This document shows positions 20,580-29,812 of a stretch of 64,000 nt of DNA, in pieces. Each line of letters begins with the position of its first letter. The first letter of the stretch is position 1. The stretch is taken from the NCBI RefSeq assembly GCF_030013595.1, contig NZ_CP122768.1. One strand, given 5' to 3'. This stretch comes from Escherichia coli (lineage in GTDB: Bacteria; Pseudomonadota; Gammaproteobacteria; Enterobacterales; Enterobacteriaceae). The position numbers and the translations under genes are program-made. The notes beneath the pieces are model-generated. The model did no database searches. It saw nothing but the letters and a program-made list of their open reading frames with translations, and was not told the origin of the DNA.

Positions 20580-21655
20580 ATGTTTTCAGTCGCTATTTAA
20601 TCCGTCATCTCTTTCTCGGTTTTGCCGCCGCCGCAGGGCTATTGCTGCCGCTTTTTACCACCTTCAACCTGATTAACGAACTGGATGATGTCAGCCCGGG
20701 TGGTTATCGCTGGACTCAGGCGGTGCTGGTGGTGCTGATGACCTTACCGCGCACACTGGTCGAACTTTCGCCGTTTATCGCATTATTGGGAGGGATTGTT
20801 GGCCTGGGGCAGTTATCGAAAAACAGTGAGCTTACCGCCATTCGCAGCACGGGGTTTTCTATCTTCCGTATTGCACTAGTGGCGCTGGTTGCCGGGATAT
20901 TTTGGACTGTTTCGTTAGGCGCGATAGATGAGTGGGTGGCGTCGCCATTGCAGCAACAGGCGCTGCAAATCAAATCGACTGCCACCGCGTTGGGGGAGGA
21001 CGATGACATTACCGGCAATATGCTTTGGGCCAGGCGCGGTAATGAATTTGTGACGGTGAAATCGCTGAACGAGCAGGGCCAGCCTGTGGGCGTGGAGATA
21101 TTTCATTATCGCGACGATCTCTCGCTCGAATCCTACATTTTTGCACGCAGTGCCTCCATTGAAGACGACAAAACGTGGATCCTGCATGGTGTGAATCATA
21201 AAAAATGGTTGAATGGCAAAGAAACGCTGGAAACATCAGATAATCTTGCCTGGCAATCGGCCTTCACCAGTATGAATCTTGAAGAGTTATCGATGCCGGG
21301 AAATACTTTTTCTGTCCGTCAACTTAATCATTACATCCATTATTTGCAGGAAACTGGGCAACCCAGCAGCGAATACCGCCTTGCACTGTGGGAAAAACTG
21401 GGACAACCCATCCTGACTCTGGCGATGATTTTGCTGGCTGTGCCGTTTACCTTTAGTGCCCCGCGTTCGCCTGGGATGGGTAGCCGTCTCGCTGTAGGCG
21501 TCATCGTGGGCTTACTTACCTGGATCAGCTATCAAATCATGGTCAATCTGGGATTGCTATTTGCGTTGAGCGCACCTGTTACCGCGCTCGGTTTACCGGT
21601 AGCGTTTGTGCTGGTGGCGTTGAGCCTGGTGTATTGGTATGACAGACAACATTAA
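20576..21655 (+). CDS. LptG-like permease (YjgP/YjgQ family) paralog
   Basis: Start ATG 20576 overlapping upstream stop (ATGA); 359 aa; N-terminal MNVFSRYLIRHLF typical of LptF/G permeases. Confidence 0.7.
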   Translation: MNVFSRYLIRHLFLGFAAAAGLLLPLFTTFNLINELDDVSPGGYRWTQAVLVVLMTLPRTLVELSPFIALLGGIVGLGQLSKNSELTAIRSTGFSIFRIALVALVAGIFWTVSLGAIDEWVASPLQQQALQIKSTATALGEDDDITGNMLWARRGNEFVTVKSLNEQGQPVGVEIFHYRDDLSLESYIFARSASIEDDKTWILHGVNHKKWLNGKETLETSDNLAWQSAFTSMNLEELSMPGNTFSVRQLNHYIHYLQETGQPSSEYRLALWEKLGQPILTLAMILLAVPFTFSAPRSPGMGSRLAVGVIVGLLTWISYQIMVNLGLLFALSAPVTALGLPVAFVLVALSLVYWYDRQH

Positions 21656-21656
21656 A

Positions 21657-21683
21657 CCCGCCGTGGCGCAACACCACAGCGGG
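21657..21683. terminator. Hairpin between convergent operons (possible bidirectional terminator)
   Basis: cccgccgtgg ... ccacagcggg near-perfect inverted repeat in the 34-nt gap between the LptG-like stop and the oxoamine synthase stop. Confidence 0.4.
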
Positions 21684-21689
21684 CTCACA

Positions 21690-22862
21690 TTACTGCTTCA
21701 GAGTAGCGAACGCTTGAATGATGGCATCAATTTGCTCACGACTGTGGGCAGCGTTTACGCTACAGCGCAGCAGCGTGATGCCTGCAGGCGCGGCAGGTGG
21801 CAGGATAAGATTCACATAAACGCCCAGCGAAATAAGCTCGCGCCAGATGCGTAAACCTTCCTCTTTCGAACCGATTATTACTGGCACTACCGGGCTAATA
21901 TGTGAACTTAACTCATAACCCAGTTTTTGCAGACCGTCATACAGATGGTTGGCATTATCCATCAGCTTTTGCCGCAACTCTGGTTGTGTAGCAATGGTTC
22001 TTAACGACGAGCGCACGGTCGCAATGCAGGACGGAGAAGGAGAGGCGGTAAAAATATACGGGCGGCTGCCGTAGCGCAGCACTTCCATCGCTTCCGAACC
22101 GACAGCAAAACCGCCAATCGAGGCCAGACTTTTACTGAAAGTACCAACGATAATATCCACATCATCTTCAACGCCAACGGCTTCAGCCAGTCCGCGCCCC
22201 GTTGCGCCTAACACGCCAAACGAATGCGCTTCATCGACAATCAAATAACCACCGAGACGACGTTTGATATCAACAATTTCCGCCAGCGGCGCAACGTCAC
22301 CGAGCATACTGTAGATGCCTTCAACGATGATAATCGCCTCTTTTGCCCGTTCACCGAGGCGAACCATGCGCCGTTCCAGATCTTTAGCATCGTTATGGCG
22401 GAAACGAATAATTTCCGCGCCACCGAGAGAACAGGCGTCATAAATACTGGCGTGGCTGTCGGCATCCAGTAACACCACGGCGTTATGGTCGGCAAGTGCG
22501 CTGATGACGCCTAAATTAGCGGTATAACCGGTTGAAAAAACGATAGCGGTAGGGCGATTAAAAAACTCGGCGATCTCTTTCTCTAACGCCAGATGCGGCG
22601 CATAACTGCCGTTTGCCATACGAGAACCGGTGGTGCCGGTGCCTTGGGCCGCTAACGCTGCCTGACCTTCGGCGATGGCATCATGATTAAAGGTTAAACC
22701 GAGATAATTATTGGTCCCGGCCAGAATCACTTTTTTATTGCCGATCCGACCTTCGGTGGCGGAATACACTTCATCAATACAGGTGCCAAACGGTGTTAAC
22801 CCGTTGTCACTAAATTGCAGTCGCTCGCCAGCAAGGCGCGCATATTTATCGTATAGCCCCAT
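21690..22862 (-). CDS. PLP-dependent alpha-oxoamine synthase, serine palmitoyltransferase-like
   Basis: 390 aa; class I/II aminotransferase fold; DEAHSFG and GTFSKSL (PLP-lysine) motifs. Confidence 0.8.
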   Translation of the reverse strand: MGLYDKYARLAGERLQFSDNGLTPFGTCIDEVYSATEGRIGNKKVILAGTNNYLGLTFNHDAIAEGQAALAAQGTGTTGSRMANGSYAPHLALEKEIAEFFNRPTAIVFSTGYTANLGVISALADHNAVVLLDADSHASIYDACSLGGAEIIRFRHNDAKDLERRMVRLGERAKEAIIIVEGIYSMLGDVAPLAEIVDIKRRLGGYLIVDEAHSFGVLGATGRGLAEAVGVEDDVDIIVGTFSKSLASIGGFAVGSEAMEVLRYGSRPYIFTASPSPSCIATVRSSLRTIATQPELRQKLMDNANHLYDGLQKLGYELSSHISPVVPVIIGSKEEGLRIWRELISLGVYVNLILPPAAPAGITLLRCSVNAAHSREQIDAIIQAFATLKQ

Positions 22863-23110
22863 TATTTATTCTCCAGCCATGGAAGTAGTGTTTCCATTAA
22901 TTGCGCAGGGGTTTTGACATCCAGCAGAATATTAATAGGAATGGAAATATCGAATCTGTCTTCCAGCATCATTAAGAGATCCATCACTTTGATCGACTCC
23001 AGGCCAAGATCGTTGACGAGATCGCTGTCGGACTTAATTTCCACACCGTTTTCGACCAAATCCTGTAAACAGGAAAGGATGTAATCCATTACTATTTCAC
23101 GATTTACCAT
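22862..23110 (-). CDS. Acyl carrier protein
   Basis: 82 aa, acidic, with DLGLESIKVMDL phosphopantetheine-attachment-type serine motif. Confidence 0.75.
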   Translation of the reverse strand: MVNREIVMDYILSCLQDLVENGVEIKSDSDLVNDLGLESIKVMDLLMMLEDRFDISIPINILLDVKTPAQLMETLLPWLENK

Positions 23111-23141
23111 AGAAACGTTAACACACCTTTAAACAAGACAA

Positions 23142-24056
23142 TCAAAATAGCCCGTTGCGTAATGCGTGTTCCAGGCTAATCCCGGGAAACCAATTAATAT
23201 CTTCAGAAATACGGTTATTACTTGCCGACCAGTCGGCATGAGTTAATTCACGGATTTTCGAACGAGTCAGCATCGGTTCTTTACCCGCCAGACGGCTCAA
23301 CGCGGTACTGATATCCGCAAGGCAGGTGAGTAGCGGCAGAGGAATACCGACCATCCGCACGGAACCACAGCGGACATCGGCAATAAGCTGTTGGACACGT
23401 TGCCAGTCATAGCCTCCGGCGACGCCATCGCATAATTCATAGGTTTGCGTCTGTACAGTTTCGGCGCTTAACCACTGCCCCACGGCTTGCGCGAAATCGG
23501 TGACGTGCAGGAAAGAGAGCTGTGTATCTGGCGCACCAAGTCGTGGCAGTAGGCCGCGCAGCATCCAGTCAAACAGCGGTTTTAACTCTTTATCGCCGGG
23601 ACCATACACGGCTGTCGGGCGAAAAATGCCCAGCGTAATTTCGTCAGCCATTGCGGTCAGTCGTTGTTCGGCGACGTGTTTGGAATTTGCGTACCAGGAG
23701 AGTTCGGGATGGCGCGCCGCCAGCGAAGAGATAAACAGAAAACGTTGGCAAAAGCCGCTCTCTTTTGCCGCTTGCATCAGTCGCAGGCTGCCGTCAACGT
23801 TACAGCGGGTAAAAATCTCTTCTTTGTGCCCGCGCACTTGCCCGGCGCAATGGACCACCGCGCTGGCTCCGGCAACCAGTTCGCTAAGTGAATGAGTATC
23901 TTCCAGAGAACCGCGCACCCAGATGAGATTGTCATTGACGTGAGCGCGGGCAGTACGCGTCAATGCGCGAACGTGAAAGCCGCGGGCGAGCAGGTTATCG
24001 ATAATATATTTACCGATAAACCCGGTAGCGCCCGTCACCGCGACAGTTTGATTCAT
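23142..24056 (-). CDS. NAD(P)-dependent epimerase/dehydratase-family reductase
   Basis: 304 aa; N-terminal Rossmann motif VTGATGFIGKYI. Confidence 0.75.
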   Translation of the reverse strand: MNQTVAVTGATGFIGKYIIDNLLARGFHVRALTRTARAHVNDNLIWVRGSLEDTHSLSELVAGASAVVHCAGQVRGHKEEIFTRCNVDGSLRLMQAAKESGFCQRFLFISSLAARHPELSWYANSKHVAEQRLTAMADEITLGIFRPTAVYGPGDKELKPLFDWMLRGLLPRLGAPDTQLSFLHVTDFAQAVGQWLSAETVQTQTYELCDGVAGGYDWQRVQQLIADVRCGSVRMVGIPLPLLTCLADISTALSRLAGKEPMLTRSKIRELTHADWSASNNRISEDINWFPGISLEHALRNGLF

Positions 24057-25804
24057 GCCAGGGATTCCTGCACATGAAGGCTTGCAGCATAAGCCTTCTG
24101 ATAACGTTTTTTCGCTTCCGCACGGGCAGGCTTGCCGGAGGACGTTCGGGGAATACTGTGGGGCGGCAACAGATCGATAGCCGCGGTCACGCCAAATTCG
24201 CTTTGGATCGGTGCTGCCAGCGCGTGGATAAGCTGCCCGCGACGTTCTTCATCGCTGATCCGACACTGGATCTGCAAAATGATTTTTTCCTGGGCGGTAA
24301 CAAAAGCAATCGCATCGCCAGAATGAATTTCCGGTTCCTGTTCCGCAATATATTCAATATCCTGCGGCCAGATATTACGGCCACGAATAATAATCAGATC
24401 TTTAATGCGCCCGGTGACATACAGATAACCGTCCAGCAGATAACCGAGGTCGCCGGTGTCTAACCAGCCCGTCGCGGCAATCTCGTCTTGTGAAATCTGG
24501 TCGCCAAAGTAACCGCTCATCAGGCTAGGGCCGGAGATGCAAATATGGCCTACCACACGTTCCGCGACAGGTATACCTGCTTCATTGCGGATTTCAATGC
24601 CATGTTCTGGCAACGCTTTACCGCAGTTGACGAAAGTCGATACGGCGCGTGTTTCAGCACCCGGCGCGACGGCTTTGCCCTGATATTCAAGGATGTCGCG
24701 ATCCACTTCGTTAACCACAACCCCGGAGGCTTCATCAGAGAAGCTGACAGCCAGCGCATTTTCTGCCAGTCCGTAGCACGGCATGAACGTTTTATCGTCA
24801 AAGTTAACCTGACGGAAACATTCAGCGAATTGATGGAGTTGTTCTGCGGAGATCGGCTCAGCACCAATACCAGCGACGCGCCAGCAGGATAGATCCAGTT
24901 CAGCGAGATCTTTTTCATTCACGCGGCGCTGGCACAATTCATAGCCAAACGGCGGCGCAACGGAAACGGTGCCGCGATTTTTACTGATCAATTTAAGCCA
25001 TTGCAGAGGACGCATGGCAAAATCCTGAGTGCGCAAATAATCTACTGAGAGCTGCGTGGCGACGGGGGTCAGGAGAAAGCCGACCAGTCCCATATCATGG
25101 TAGAAAGGCAGCCAGGAGACGCAGCGGTCGCCAGGGCGTAATTTAATGCCATCGTGGCTTATAGCACGTAGATTAGCCATCACTTCGCGATGGGTGATAA
25201 TGACGCCACGGGGAAAACGGGTGCTGCCGGAGGTGTACTGGAGGTAGGCGATATCGTTCGGAACTGGATGCTGGAGTGCAACATCGGCTTCCGGTAATGC
25301 CTTAAACCAGGCGTGGCTTAAAACATGTAATTCGGGGTTGTTGTTATGCGTCGCGGCATTGACCAGCGGTAACCACTCATCACCAGTGATAATGGCTGCG
25401 GGCTGGCAACTTGTCAGTAAACCCTGCAGTTTGGCGCTCCAGGAATCCCGCTGACCGACGCCCATTGGAATCGCCAACGGGACGGCGACTAAGCCGGCAT
25501 ACTGGCAGGAAAAAAAAGCCTCTACGAACCCGCTACTGGTTTCGGCAATCAGCGCCACGCGATCGCCTTTTTTCAGGTTCAGCGATAACAATCGCTTCGC
25601 ACCAGCTTCGGCACGCGCTTTTAACGTCTGATATTCCAGTTGATCTTCAAGTTGGCAACGTCTGTCATAAAAATTCATTCCGGCGCTACTCAGAGCGGCG
25701 TAGTCCAAAGCATCAACCAGCGTTGGAAAATCGGCATAGCGCATAGGTAGGGAATGCGTAAAGATTTTATTAGACATATACACCACGAAAAAATTGGATA
25801 TCAA
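24053..25804 (-). CDS. Fatty acyl-AMP ligase / acyl-ACP synthetase (AMP-binding family)
   Basis: 583 aa; AMP-binding motif YLQYTSGSTRFPRGV; start may be at a downstream Met. Confidence 0.8.
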   Translation of the reverse strand: MISNFFVVYMSNKIFTHSLPMRYADFPTLVDALDYAALSSAGMNFYDRRCQLEDQLEYQTLKARAEAGAKRLLSLNLKKGDRVALIAETSSGFVEAFFSCQYAGLVAVPLAIPMGVGQRDSWSAKLQGLLTSCQPAAIITGDEWLPLVNAATHNNNPELHVLSHAWFKALPEADVALQHPVPNDIAYLQYTSGSTRFPRGVIITHREVMANLRAISHDGIKLRPGDRCVSWLPFYHDMGLVGFLLTPVATQLSVDYLRTQDFAMRPLQWLKLISKNRGTVSVAPPFGYELCQRRVNEKDLAELDLSCWRVAGIGAEPISAEQLHQFAECFRQVNFDDKTFMPCYGLAENALAVSFSDEASGVVVNEVDRDILEYQGKAVAPGAETRAVSTFVNCGKALPEHGIEIRNEAGIPVAERVVGHICISGPSLMSGYFGDQISQDEIAATGWLDTGDLGYLLDGYLYVTGRIKDLIIIRGRNIWPQDIEYIAEQEPEIHSGDAIAFVTAQEKIILQIQCRISDEERRGQLIHALAAPIQSEFGVTAAIDLLPPHSIPRTSSGKPARAEAKKRYQKAYAASLHVQESLA

Positions 25805-26148
25805 AAATAAAATGACAATAATGCGGTGGATTATATAGGCATAAAAGATAAATGAGATAGTATTTTCATTAGTGTGAAAATGAACATTGATTTAAATAAT
25901 GAGTTTGAGTTTTTTTGTTTTTATTGTGAATGATATTTAATTTATGAATGTATTAAGAAGAAGCCTTGTCCGGTCGCCTTAAATCGACAAAAGGCATTGT
26001 GGCGCTTCTGTGTAGTCTCTGACCTTATCGTAATCATTAATAAATGCTATTTATTCGTCGTTTGTATTCATTGGGTTGATTATTAAGGTGCCGTTCGTTG
26101 CTGTTGCAACCTGTTTGTCACCGTTAATTATTTGTTACCCACAGAACT
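25805..26148. promoter_or_regulatory. AT-rich divergent promoter region between the lipid operon and yghO
   Basis: About 340 nt of strongly AT-rich non-coding DNA between divergent gene starts. Confidence 0.4.
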
Positions 26149-27291
26149 ATGGAATGCGATCTGCTGATGATTAAAATTGAAAAAGTAATTAATAAAAATG
26201 ACCTTAAGGCATTTATCGCTTTTCCGTCATCACTTTATCCCGACGATCCAAACTGGATACCCCCTTTATTCATTGAACGCAACGAGCATTTGTCTGCGAA
26301 AAATCCGGGGACGGACCATATCATCTGGCAGGCGTGGGTGGCAAAAAAAGCGGGGCAGATAGTCGGGCGTATTACCGCGCAAATAGATACCTTGCACCGC
26401 GAGCGTTACGGCAAAGATACCGGTCATTTCGGCATGATTGACGCCATTGATGATCCGCAGGTTTTTGCCGCGTTGTTTGGCGCAGCGGAAGCGTGGTTGA
26501 AGTCACAAGGTGCAAGTAAGATCAGCGGGCCTTTCAGCCTGAATATCAATCAGGAAAGCGGATTACTGATTGAAGGTTTTGACACACCACCCTGTGCGAT
26601 GATGCCACACGGCAAACCGTGGTATGCCGCGCATATTGAACAACTGGGTTATCACAAAGGCATTGATTTACTGGCGTGGTGGATGCAGCGAACCGATCTC
26701 ACGTTCTCTCCGGCGCTAAAAAAACTGATGGATCAGGTGCGCAAAAAGGTGACCATTCGCTGCATCAATCGCCAGCGGTTTGCCGAAGAGATGCAGATCC
26801 TGCGTGAGATTTTCAACTCCGGCTGGCAGCACAACTGGGGATTTGTGCCGTTTACCGAACATGAATTCGCGACCATGGGCGATCAACTTAAATATCTGGT
26901 GCCGGACGATATGATCTACATCGCTGAGATTGATTCTGCACCCTGCGCGTTTATTGTCGGCTTGCCAAACATCAACGAGGCGATTGCCGATCTGAACGGA
27001 TCGCTCTTTCCCTTCGGCTGGGCAAAATTGCTGTGGCGTTTAAAAGTCAGCGGTGTGCGAACTGCGCGAGTACCGCTGATGGGCGTGCGGGACGAGTATC
27101 TGTTTAGCCGCATCGGCCCGGTGATTGCGCTGTTATTGATTGAAGCCTTACGCGATCCGTTTGCCCGCCGGAAGATCGATGCGCTGGAGATGTCATGGAT
27201 CCTCGAAACCAATACAGGCATGAATAACATGCTGGAACGCATTGGGGCGGAGCCGTACAAGCGTTACCGATTGTATGAAAAGCAGATTTGA
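26149..27291 (+). CDS. yghO: Acetyltransferase-fold (GNAT-like) protein; putative N-acyltransferase (intact here)
   Basis: 380-aa ORF at the yghO position next to glcC; fold assignment from reading the translation, not searched. Confidence 0.6.
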   Translation: MECDLLMIKIEKVINKNDLKAFIAFPSSLYPDDPNWIPPLFIERNEHLSAKNPGTDHIIWQAWVAKKAGQIVGRITAQIDTLHRERYGKDTGHFGMIDAIDDPQVFAALFGAAEAWLKSQGASKISGPFSLNINQESGLLIEGFDTPPCAMMPHGKPWYAAHIEQLGYHKGIDLLAWWMQRTDLTFSPALKKLMDQVRKKVTIRCINRQRFAEEMQILREIFNSGWQHNWGFVPFTEHEFATMGDQLKYLVPDDMIYIAEIDSAPCAFIVGLPNINEAIADLNGSLFPFGWAKLLWRLKVSGVRTARVPLMGVRDEYLFSRIGPVIALLLIEALRDPFARRKIDALEMSWILETNTGMNNMLERIGAEPYKRYRLYEKQI

Positions 27292-27297
27292 TGGCAG

Positions 27298-28062
27298 TCA
27301 CCCCTGCTTCATCTCCAGCGGCACCGCCGAGCGAATCAAATGGTGGCCTTCCAGCTCGATATCGTGGAGATTCTTTTTCACGGTCCGCACATGATCACGT
27401 GCTGCGCGCTGGGCGACGTGTGGCAGCCGCTGCAACACCGCGTTGTAGATCCGCGCATGCTGGCGATCGATCTGCTTTTTTTGCTGTGGTCGATGGTAGA
27501 GATTATTTACGCTGGCAAACACTGAATTAAACATCAGGTCGGTCAATGATTGCAGTGTAAACACCAGCACCTGATTGTGAGAAGCCTGGCAAATGGCGAG
27601 ATGGAAAGCGTGATCCAGTTGTGCATGTTCGATCAGCGAAATCTCTTTGTTGTTCTCACTGGCGGCGAGCATTTTTTCATAACAGCGGGTTATCACAACA
27701 AAATCAGCCTGGGTTCCCAGCGTTGCCGCCAGCCTTGCCGATTCGCCCTCCAGTAATGCGCGAACGTCGAGCAGATCGTACAGCGTTCGCGGCTGCGTAC
27801 TGAACAGATGGATCAGCGGGCTGGTGTCCTGCACCCGATTGAGCCGTGCGACACGAGAATCGCGCCCCTGCGCCGTTTCAATAATCCCGCGCCCGCGCAG
27901 CACGGTCAGCCCTTCACGCAGTGCGGAGCGTGAGAAGCCGAGCTTTTCACACAGTCGACGTTCCGAGGGAAGCGGCTGACCGACCTTCAGTACGCCGTCG
28001 ATAATTAACCGTTCGATACTCTCTGCAACCACTTCGCAAATAGGGCGACGTTCATCTTTCAT
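27298..28062 (-). CDS. glcC: GntR-family transcriptional activator of the glc operon
   Basis: ORF 27298-28122; preferred start 28062 (MKDERRPICE) gives 254 aa; N-terminal HTH, C-terminal FCD domain. Confidence 0.9.
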   Translation of the reverse strand: MKDERRPICEVVAESIERLIIDGVLKVGQPLPSERRLCEKLGFSRSALREGLTVLRGRGIIETAQGRDSRVARLNRVQDTSPLIHLFSTQPRTLYDLLDVRALLEGESARLAATLGTQADFVVITRCYEKMLAASENNKEISLIEHAQLDHAFHLAICQASHNQVLVFTLQSLTDLMFNSVFASVNNLYHRPQQKKQIDRQHARIYNAVLQRLPHVAQRAARDHVRTVKKNLHDIELEGHHLIRSAVPLEMKQG

Positions 28063-28312
28063 TCCCGGACCTCGTGCACAGGTAGGACCAATTTTTCTGT
28101 TCTTGATTCGCAAAACACGCACATCACGTAAGTGATTATGTTACATCAATTTAACATTAAGTTAACCAAGACAAGGTCACAGAGCTGGAAAAAAAATGGT
28201 CTGACCGGTAGCTAAAGAGATAGACGAAAACGAAAAGCCCGCTTAATAACTGTTCACAGAAGCAGCGCGCAAAAATCAGCTGCCACACAACACAACAAAG
28301 CGAAGCCTACTC

Positions 28313-29812
28313 ATGAGCATCTTGTACGAAGAGCGTCTTGATGGCGCTTTACCCGATGTCGACCTCACATCGGTACTGATGGCACTGCGTGAGCATGTCC
28401 CTGGACTTGAGATCCTGCATACCGATGAGGAGATCATTCCTTACGAGTGTGACGGGTTGAGCGCGTATCGCACGCGTCCATTACTGGTTGTTCTGCCTAA
28501 GCAAATGGAACAGGTGACAGCGATTCTGGCTGTTTGTCACCGCCTGCGTGTGCCGGTGGTGACCCGTGGTGCAGGCACCGGGCTTTCTGGTGGCGCGCTG
28601 CCGCTGGAAAAAGGTGTGTTGTTGGTGATGGCGCGCTTTAAAGAGATCCTCGACATTAACCCCGTTGGTCGCCGCGCGCGCGTGCAGCCGGGCGTGCGTA
28701 ACCTGGCGATCTCCCAGGCCGTTGCGCCGCATAATCTCTATTACGCGCCGGATCCTTCCTCACAAATCGCCTGTTCAATTGGCGGCAATGTGGCGGAAAA
28801 TGCCGGTGGCGTCCACTGCCTGAAATATGGTTTGACCGTACATAACCTGCTGAAAATTGAAGTGCAAACGCTGGACGGCGAGGCGCTGACGTTGGGATCG
28901 GATGCGCTGGATTCGCCTGGTTTTGATCTGCTGGCGCTGTTCACCGGATCGGAAGGTATGCTCGGCGTGACCACCGAAGTGACTGTAAAACTGCTGCCGA
29001 AGCCGCCCGTGGCTCGGGTTCTGTTAGCCAGCTTTGACTCGGTAGAAAAAGCCGGACTTGCGGTTGGTGACATCATCGCCAATGGCATTATCCCCGGCGG
29101 GCTGGAGATGATGGATAACCTGTCGATCCGCGCAGCGGAAGATTTTATTCATGCCGGTTATCCCGTCGACGCCGAAGCGATTTTGTTATGCGAGCTGGAC
29201 GGCGTGGAGTCTGACGTACAGGAAGACTGCGAGCGGGTTAACGACATCTTGTTGAAAGCGGGCGCGACTGACGTCCGTCTGGCACAGGACGAAGCTGAGC
29301 GCGTACGTTTCTGGGCCGGTCGCAAAAATGCGTTCCCGGCGGTAGGACGTATCTCCCCGGATTACTACTGCATGGATGGCACCATCCCGCGCCGCGCCCT
29401 GCCTGGCGTACTGGAAGGCATTGCCCGTTTATCGCAGCAATATGATTTACGTGTTGCTAACGTCTTTCATGCCGGAGATGGCAACATGCACCCGTTAATC
29501 CTTTTCGATGCCAACGAACCCGGTGAATTTGCCCGCGCGGAAGAGCTGGGCGGGAAGATCCTCGAACTCTGCGTTGAAGTTGGCGGCAGCATCAGTGGGG
29601 AACATGGCATCGGGCGAGAAAAAATCAATCAAATGTGCGCCCAGTTCAACAGCGATGAAATCACGACCTTCCATGCGGTCAAGGCGGCGTTTGACCCCGA
29701 TGGTTTGCTGAACCCTGGGAAAAACATTCCCACGCTACACCGCTGTGCTGAATTTGGTGCCATGCATGTGCATCACGGTCATTTACCTTTCCCTGAACTG
29801 GAGCGTTTCTGA
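28313..29812 (+). CDS. glcD: Glycolate oxidase FAD-binding subunit
   Basis: 499 aa; FAD-binding PCMH fold; first gene of glcDEFGBA. Confidence 0.9.
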   Translation: MSILYEERLDGALPDVDLTSVLMALREHVPGLEILHTDEEIIPYECDGLSAYRTRPLLVVLPKQMEQVTAILAVCHRLRVPVVTRGAGTGLSGGALPLEKGVLLVMARFKEILDINPVGRRARVQPGVRNLAISQAVAPHNLYYAPDPSSQIACSIGGNVAENAGGVHCLKYGLTVHNLLKIEVQTLDGEALTLGSDALDSPGFDLLALFTGSEGMLGVTTEVTVKLLPKPPVARVLLASFDSVEKAGLAVGDIIANGIIPGGLEMMDNLSIRAAEDFIHAGYPVDAEAILLCELDGVESDVQEDCERVNDILLKAGATDVRLAQDEAERVRFWAGRKNAFPAVGRISPDYYCMDGTIPRRALPGVLEGIARLSQQYDLRVANVFHAGDGNMHPLILFDANEPGEFARAEELGGKILELCVEVGGSISGEHGIGREKINQMCAQFNSDEITTFHAVKAAFDPDGLLNPGKNIPTLHRCAEFGAMHVHHGHLPFPELERF

